64,000 nt of DNA, from the NCBI GenBank assembly GCA_014729135.1, contig WJKK01000001.1, positions 593 to 64,592 of the forward strand, in the 5' to 3' direction. The notes beneath the pieces were generated by a model. That model made no database searches, had not been told where the DNA came from, and was given only the letters and a program-made list of their open reading frames with translations. Each line of letters begins with the position of its first letter. Position 1 is the first letter of the stretch. Source of the stretch: a candidate division WWE3 bacterium. GTDB taxonomy: Bacteria > Patescibacteriota > WWE3 > UBA101185 > UBA10185. The position numbers and the translations under genes were made by a program. Below are positions 59,487 to 64,000 of this stretch, piece after piece.

Positions 59487-59523
59487 ACATACATTATAAC
59501 CCGGATTAACTAGTTCTGCAAAT

Positions 59524-60858
59524 TTAAATCTCAGAACGAGGGGTTAACAACAACACCCACACCGGAACCGTTAAAAAATCCTCGGAAGAATCATCAAAGA
59601 CGTTTCTGGTCAACAACAAACCGGTCTTCAACTGCTCCTTTAAAGAAGAAAACAAACCAAGGGAAGAAACCTCGGCTACACCATATTCCCTCTCAGAAAG
59701 AAGATCTGTATAACTAACACTCACAGGATAAAATGTACGCTCCGGACGCGTCACTAGGAAATCTATATCCACCCCATCCTCCTCTAAATAATTCACCTCA
59801 TTACCTCTAATAAAATGTAAAAAGACTGCATTTTCCACCAGTTTACCTACATCATCAAAAGGCTTAGAATAAAAAAGACTACGTAAACCGGGATCTATCA
59901 CATAGGGGCGCTTTGCTGCGCGCACACGATTCTTAAACTTGAAAGAATATTTTTCCACCTCAAAAAAAAGGTAGGATAGCGCAAGCGCAGAAACATATTC
60001 CTTAGCGGAAGTGTCCGTAATTCCCACATTGCGAGCCAAGGAACGATAACTATATTTATTCCCCAAATTTGTAAGCAAATAGTAAGCAAGCTTTTCCAGC
60101 TCCTCGGCACTTCTAAAATCGAAACGCGGAACTATATCCGTATAAATAACGGCGCGAATGTAGTCGCGTAAATAGCGAAGGCGAATTTCGGCATCATTAG
60201 AAGCAAGCGCTTCCGGAAAACCTCCCTCAACAAGATATTGCTCAAAAAGGCCCAAAATAATGGGTGCTTCCTTTAAATTAGACAAATATGTTTCTCGGAG
60301 TGTCTCCCCGGAGAAGTGGGGCTGACCTTTAAAAAGAAGATATTCCCGGAAGTTAAACGGAAAAATCTCAAAGGAAAGCGTTCTACCGGTCAATTTCGTT
60401 GCTAACTCAGAGGAAAGCAAACGAGCGTTGGAGCCTGTAATGGTTATGCGCAAATCCTCACACGTGTCATATTTTGTCCTAATCCACTGCTCCCAGGAAG
60501 GAACATTTTGAACTTCGTCTAGAAAAACATATTTATCCCCTTCCGGGCGCTTGAGAGAAAGATACTCTCTAAACAAAGAATCCAGCAACTCTACACTTGC
60601 AGAATTTTTAACAAAAAAAGGATCTTCAAAGTTTAAATAAAAAATGTTTTCAGAAGGAATGCCTTTATCCAAAAGACCATTGATAAGCTGAAAAACCAAC
60701 ACAGACTTCCCTGCTCTCCGTACTCCCATAAGAGCAAGGACAACGCGACTTGTTGTAAGCGCCTTAAAAACTTGAGGAAAAATATCGCGAGGAACGTACT
60801 TCTTAAAGCCTTCGTCCCAGTGTTTGTTCTGTTGTTGTAGTAAATTCCTTAGGTGCAT
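59524..60858 (-). CDS. AAA_14 ATPase + DUF4143-type protein
   Basis: GVRRAGKS, LNFED, FLDEVQ, TGSNA, LTGR, GGFPE, Y.IDPG, G.LVEN, DIDF. Confidence 0.9.
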   Translation of the reverse strand: MHLRNLLQQQNKHWDEGFKKYVPRDIFPQVFKALTTSRVVLALMGVRRAGKSVLVFQLINGLLDKGIPSENIFYLNFEDPFFVKNSASVELLDSLFREYLSLKRPEGDKYVFLDEVQNVPSWEQWIRTKYDTCEDLRITITGSNARLLSSELATKLTGRTLSFEIFPFNFREYLLFKGQPHFSGETLRETYLSNLKEAPIILGLFEQYLVEGGFPEALASNDAEIRLRYLRDYIRAVIYTDIVPRFDFRSAEELEKLAYYLLTNLGNKYSYRSLARNVGITDTSAKEYVSALALSYLFFEVEKYSFKFKNRVRAAKRPYVIDPGLRSLFYSKPFDDVGKLVENAVFLHFIRGNEVNYLEEDGVDIDFLVTRPERTFYPVSVSYTDLLSEREYGVAEVSSLGLFSSLKEQLKTGLLLTRNVFDDSSEDFLTVPVWVLLLTPRSEI

Positions 60859-61040
60859 TTTATAATATGCATAAACTCAATATTATGCCTAATTATAATA
60901 TGCAGAAGAGATTAAAGCAATAAATAGGCGTTAGATAAAAGATAAGATAATAGAAAAGCTTCTTTGATGACATGAATTTTTATCTAACAAGGCTAAAAAC
61001 TCCGGGCCAGAAATCTCAAGAAACCCGGAAAACCGTAAAA

Positions 61041-62273
61041 TCAACTACTCATAAGAAACCCCAACATGTACAAAGGCACAACCTTACCGGAAGCGTATTG
61101 AAGACCATCCTTTAGCAAAAAGCCCCTTCCCTCCTCCACAGAATCAAGCTGAGAACTTCCCTTATTGGGACCCCCCACCTCCAAAACATAATCATTCAAA
61201 GCAAAATCCCCTTTATCAGAGTAAAAAGGGGTGTAGCTGGCACTATCCAAGGCAGCAACCGCAAAGGTCTCCCGAAGGTTTCCCTTGCCCACAGGCTTTC
61301 CCAAGGAAAAACCAACAGCCCACAACATATTGGGATTTGCAATGTAAATCTTTTCGGCATTTCGCACCAAAGCATGTCCTAGTTTGTCAGGCATTAAAAA
61401 GCTCAACAAACCGGTATCGCGTAACATCTGCAAGTAAGAAGCAATTGTAGCATTGTCCTTACCTACGCTTCCGGCAAGCTTGTTAATACTTAAACCTCCC
61501 GGAGAAGAAGTTGCAAAAAAATACAGGAGCTTCTTTAAGGCTTCCAGATTTTGTGTTTTCAAAGAATAAAAAGAGCTAATATCCTCGTAAATTGTCTTGT
61601 CTATTACATTGTTTAAACTCTCAACAAAAGCAGTTTCATCCTCAAGCTCAAAGGAGGTGGGATAGTAGCCAAACTTCAAGTAATCCTCAAAGTGACCAAG
61701 AACTCCACGGATCTTCTCAATTTCCCGAACCTGAGGAGTCTTATCCCCGCTCAACAACTCCTCTAAAGTAAGTGTGGGAAACTCCTTCTTTAAAGTTACC
61801 TCTAAATATTCACGAAAAGAAAAACCAAACATGTGCCGTAAAATAACTCGACGGGACAAGTCATACTTACTTCGAACCAAATCAATGCTGGAACTTCCCG
61901 AAAATAGAACACGCAACTCCGGATAACTGTCATATATATTCTTAAGCTCCCTACTCCAATCAGAATAGCGGTGAATCTCATCAATAAGGAGCAGTTCGCC
62001 CGAATGATATTTTATGAAATCCCCTGCCAAATCAAACAGTGTATTTTTAGAAAAGTAGATGTTATCGGCTGAAACGTAGAGGGCTTTTGTGCTGTCCGCG
62101 TAATTATTGTGCAGGTAATGAAGCATAAAAGTAGTCTTTCCAACTCCACGAGGGCCTACAACTCCCATGATGCGATTTACGAAATCAAAGTTGCGGTAGA
62201 AGTTGCGGACGTAGATGTCCCTTTTGTTGAGACCTTTTAGTAGGTTTTCTTGAATCTGAAAGAGTGTGTCCAT
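61041..62273 (-). CDS. AAA_14 ATPase family protein
   Basis: GPRGVGKTT, IDEIH, SGSSS, DLSRR, GYYP, KIY, RETF, EVGG. Confidence 0.9.
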   Translation of the reverse strand: MDTLFQIQENLLKGLNKRDIYVRNFYRNFDFVNRIMGVVGPRGVGKTTFMLHYLHNNYADSTKALYVSADNIYFSKNTLFDLAGDFIKYHSGELLLIDEIHRYSDWSRELKNIYDSYPELRVLFSGSSSIDLVRSKYDLSRRVILRHMFGFSFREYLEVTLKKEFPTLTLEELLSGDKTPQVREIEKIRGVLGHFEDYLKFGYYPTSFELEDETAFVESLNNVIDKTIYEDISSFYSLKTQNLEALKKLLYFFATSSPGGLSINKLAGSVGKDNATIASYLQMLRDTGLLSFLMPDKLGHALVRNAEKIYIANPNMLWAVGFSLGKPVGKGNLRETFAVAALDSASYTPFYSDKGDFALNDYVLEVGGPNKGSSQLDSVEEGRGFLLKDGLQYASGKVVPLYMLGFLMSS

Positions 62274-62622
62274 GGTTTGTTTTTGTTGTTGTCTAGGCGG
62301 TACCGATTACTTCGGAGGTGGCGCGGTGGAGGGGCTCCCAGCCGCGCTTTCCGGAGTGTACTCCAAGCTTTTGCACTGTTTTCTAGAGTATACTCCAAAG
62401 TTTCGGGAATTGCAACCTTACCTATCCTAGTTGTGTTGGATAGTAATTTTTAGACCGGAGGGAGTTTCTAATGCTGAGTGTATTCTTGTGACGTGGGATT
62501 TTACGGAGCAGGTGAAGTTTAAAGATGAGGTTTTTGAGGCGTTGTCTCTGCTGGAGTTTTTGGAGAAAAATTCGCCGTAGTTATCCGGCAAAGTTCTGAG
62601 AAAACCCACACAAACAAAAAAC

Positions 62623-63444
62623 CTAGACTCTAGAATGAAAGGCAGCGGCAGAAACATAATCACAATGAGCCCCTACAGAAGCCTTTAAAGCCGGTTGAAC
62701 AGCTGAATAGTCCACCTTCATCAACATAAACTTAAGTTTTACAAGCTCTACAAGGACTTTTAAAATATCCTTTAGTCCCCCACAGGTAGAAACACCATAA
62801 GCACGTTCAAAGTGATCTACACCGGTTTGCACATAGTCATACCCCGTACGTACAGCCCTTAATAAAAATTCAGTGGAAACTAAGTTCCCCTTTGAATTAA
62901 GAGGCAAAACACTCTTTACCATGTCTTTACGTAAAAGCTTAAAAGCACAGTCTATATCTTTAATATCTGTGGGAAAGCCTAAAATAGCCCTATTTAAAAA
63001 CTTCATTCCATTGGCAAAAAGAGCCCTCTTAAAGCCTTCAGCACGGATTTTTCTGAACCCAAGAATCATTTCTTTATCAGGATTTTCCACGGCTAACTCA
63101 ACAAATCTATATAGTTCGTTTAAATCAAACTGTAAATCGGCATCCGTAAAAAACACCCAATCGTACTGAACGGCCTTAAAGCCCGTATTTACAGCACCAC
63201 CATACCCCTGATTCTTCTGATCTACAACCTTAATCTGAGGTATTTTTTTGGCATATTCATGAGCTATTTGGGAAGTTTTATCCTTACTACCATCGTTTAC
63301 AATGATTATTTCATATCTTATAGCTACCTTGGGTATGATTTCCAAAGCTTTTTCTATCAATAAGGGAAGATTCTCCTCCTCATTGTAACAAGGAAAGAAT
63401 ACAGAGAGTTCATTTAATTTTTTTGTTTGAAGTATGGTAGACAT
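62623..63444 (-). CDS. GT2 glycosyltransferase (Dol-P-mannose synthase-like)
   Basis: SVFFPCYNEE, VNDGSKD, NQGYGGA, FTDADLQF, DIDCAFKL. ATG lies 6 nt after TTGACA-N17-TATACT. Confidence 0.92.
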   Translation of the reverse strand: MSTILQTKKLNELSVFFPCYNEEENLPLLIEKALEIIPKVAIRYEIIIVNDGSKDKTSQIAHEYAKKIPQIKVVDQKNQGYGGAVNTGFKAVQYDWVFFTDADLQFDLNELYRFVELAVENPDKEMILGFRKIRAEGFKRALFANGMKFLNRAILGFPTDIKDIDCAFKLLRKDMVKSVLPLNSKGNLVSTEFLLRAVRTGYDYVQTGVDHFERAYGVSTCGGLKDILKVLVELVKLKFMLMKVDYSAVQPALKASVGAHCDYVSAAAFHSRV

Positions 63445-63599
63445 ACCCATAGTATACTATGTAAAAAGAGGTTTGTCAACATTATAGGGTATTGTTAAAC
63501 ACCCCAATCAAAACCATTATAGGACACTTTGAAAAGATTCGGGTATTATAGACAGGATACCCCATAGGTGAAGGCGCCCAAATAAAATTAGATACATAA

Positions 63600-64000
63600 A
63601 TGTATAATAGAACTGTGAAAAAAACAACGAAATTCTTAAAAAACTCCCCGGGTTTAACAATACTAATTGCAGTGCTCCTATTTATAAGCATTTCCACGCT
63701 CAAACCCTCTTTTGACTTCATCGGCTGGGATAATTATTCATCCTACCTAAAACCGGCGCTAGCCTTAAAGAGAATCACGTTATCCATGTGGAGGGGACAT
63801 AGGGGCTTAGGAGTACCCTCAGACTCGGAAATAACGGACCTTCCAAGAGTCGTGATCTTCATGCTTCTAAACCTTCTACTGCCAACTAAGATATTGGATC
63901 AGCTGTTTTACCTAATATCACTATGGTTAGGGACTCTGGGAATGTATTTCTTAACAAAATACCTCTTGAAAAACTCCAATAACAAAGGATTCCTAAAAGA
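63600..64000 (+). CDS. Polytopic membrane protein, probably GT-C glycosyltransferase, 3' end outside window
   Basis: Open frame MYNRTVKK...TM...FIGWDNYS...WRGHRGLG...TM...LGMYFL running off the end; absent from the ORF track; divergent from GT2. Confidence 0.65.
   Translation, partial: MYNRTVKKTTKFLKNSPGLTILIAVLLFISISTLKPSFDFIGWDNYSSYLKPALALKRITLSMWRGHRGLGVPSDSEITDLPRVVIFMLLNLLLPTKILDQLFYLISLWLGTLGMYFLTKYLLKNSNNKGFLK

Noticed and set aside
1-64000. Alternative genetic code (UGA=Gly)
   Set aside because: Conserved genes are full length under code 11, and comEA ends at TGA at the expected position.

Overview
A 64-kb chromosomal window of a code-11 bacterium. The gene content suggests Patescibacteria/CPR, probably WWE3- or Microgenomates-like; this is inference only. 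Housekeeping genes: rplJ-rplL with an L10 leader, mreB, mscL, ndk, argS, obg, rho and 4 tRNAs. Other loci: a glycogen cluster (2 glgA, 2 GH57), a transformation cluster (split comEC, comEA, comM, dprA), two sortases plus an LPETG substrate, two PIN toxin-antitoxin pairs, two AAA_14/DUF4143-type ATPases, and two giant modular surface proteins (a multi-LamG protein and a ~3000-aa HTH-TM-fibre-S74 protein). No integrase, transposase, reverse transcriptase or cas gene was recognised. Most unusual signals: (1) a saw-tooth strand asymmetry, visible at synonymous sites, where each strand is G/T-rich approaching and C/A-rich leaving variable sites, including sites inside genes; (2) REP-like palindromes inserted in frame in the giant fibre gene, plus modular intergenic palindromes with compensatory changes; (3) three ORF-free promoter-hairpin-U-tract units that look like sRNA genes; (4) a GC-rich operon after tRNA-Ala encoding a lytic transglycosylase/VanW-like fusion, a LysM protein and unknown membrane proteins; (5) apparently widespread leaderless transcription. 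All family calls come from motif recognition by eye, not database searches.
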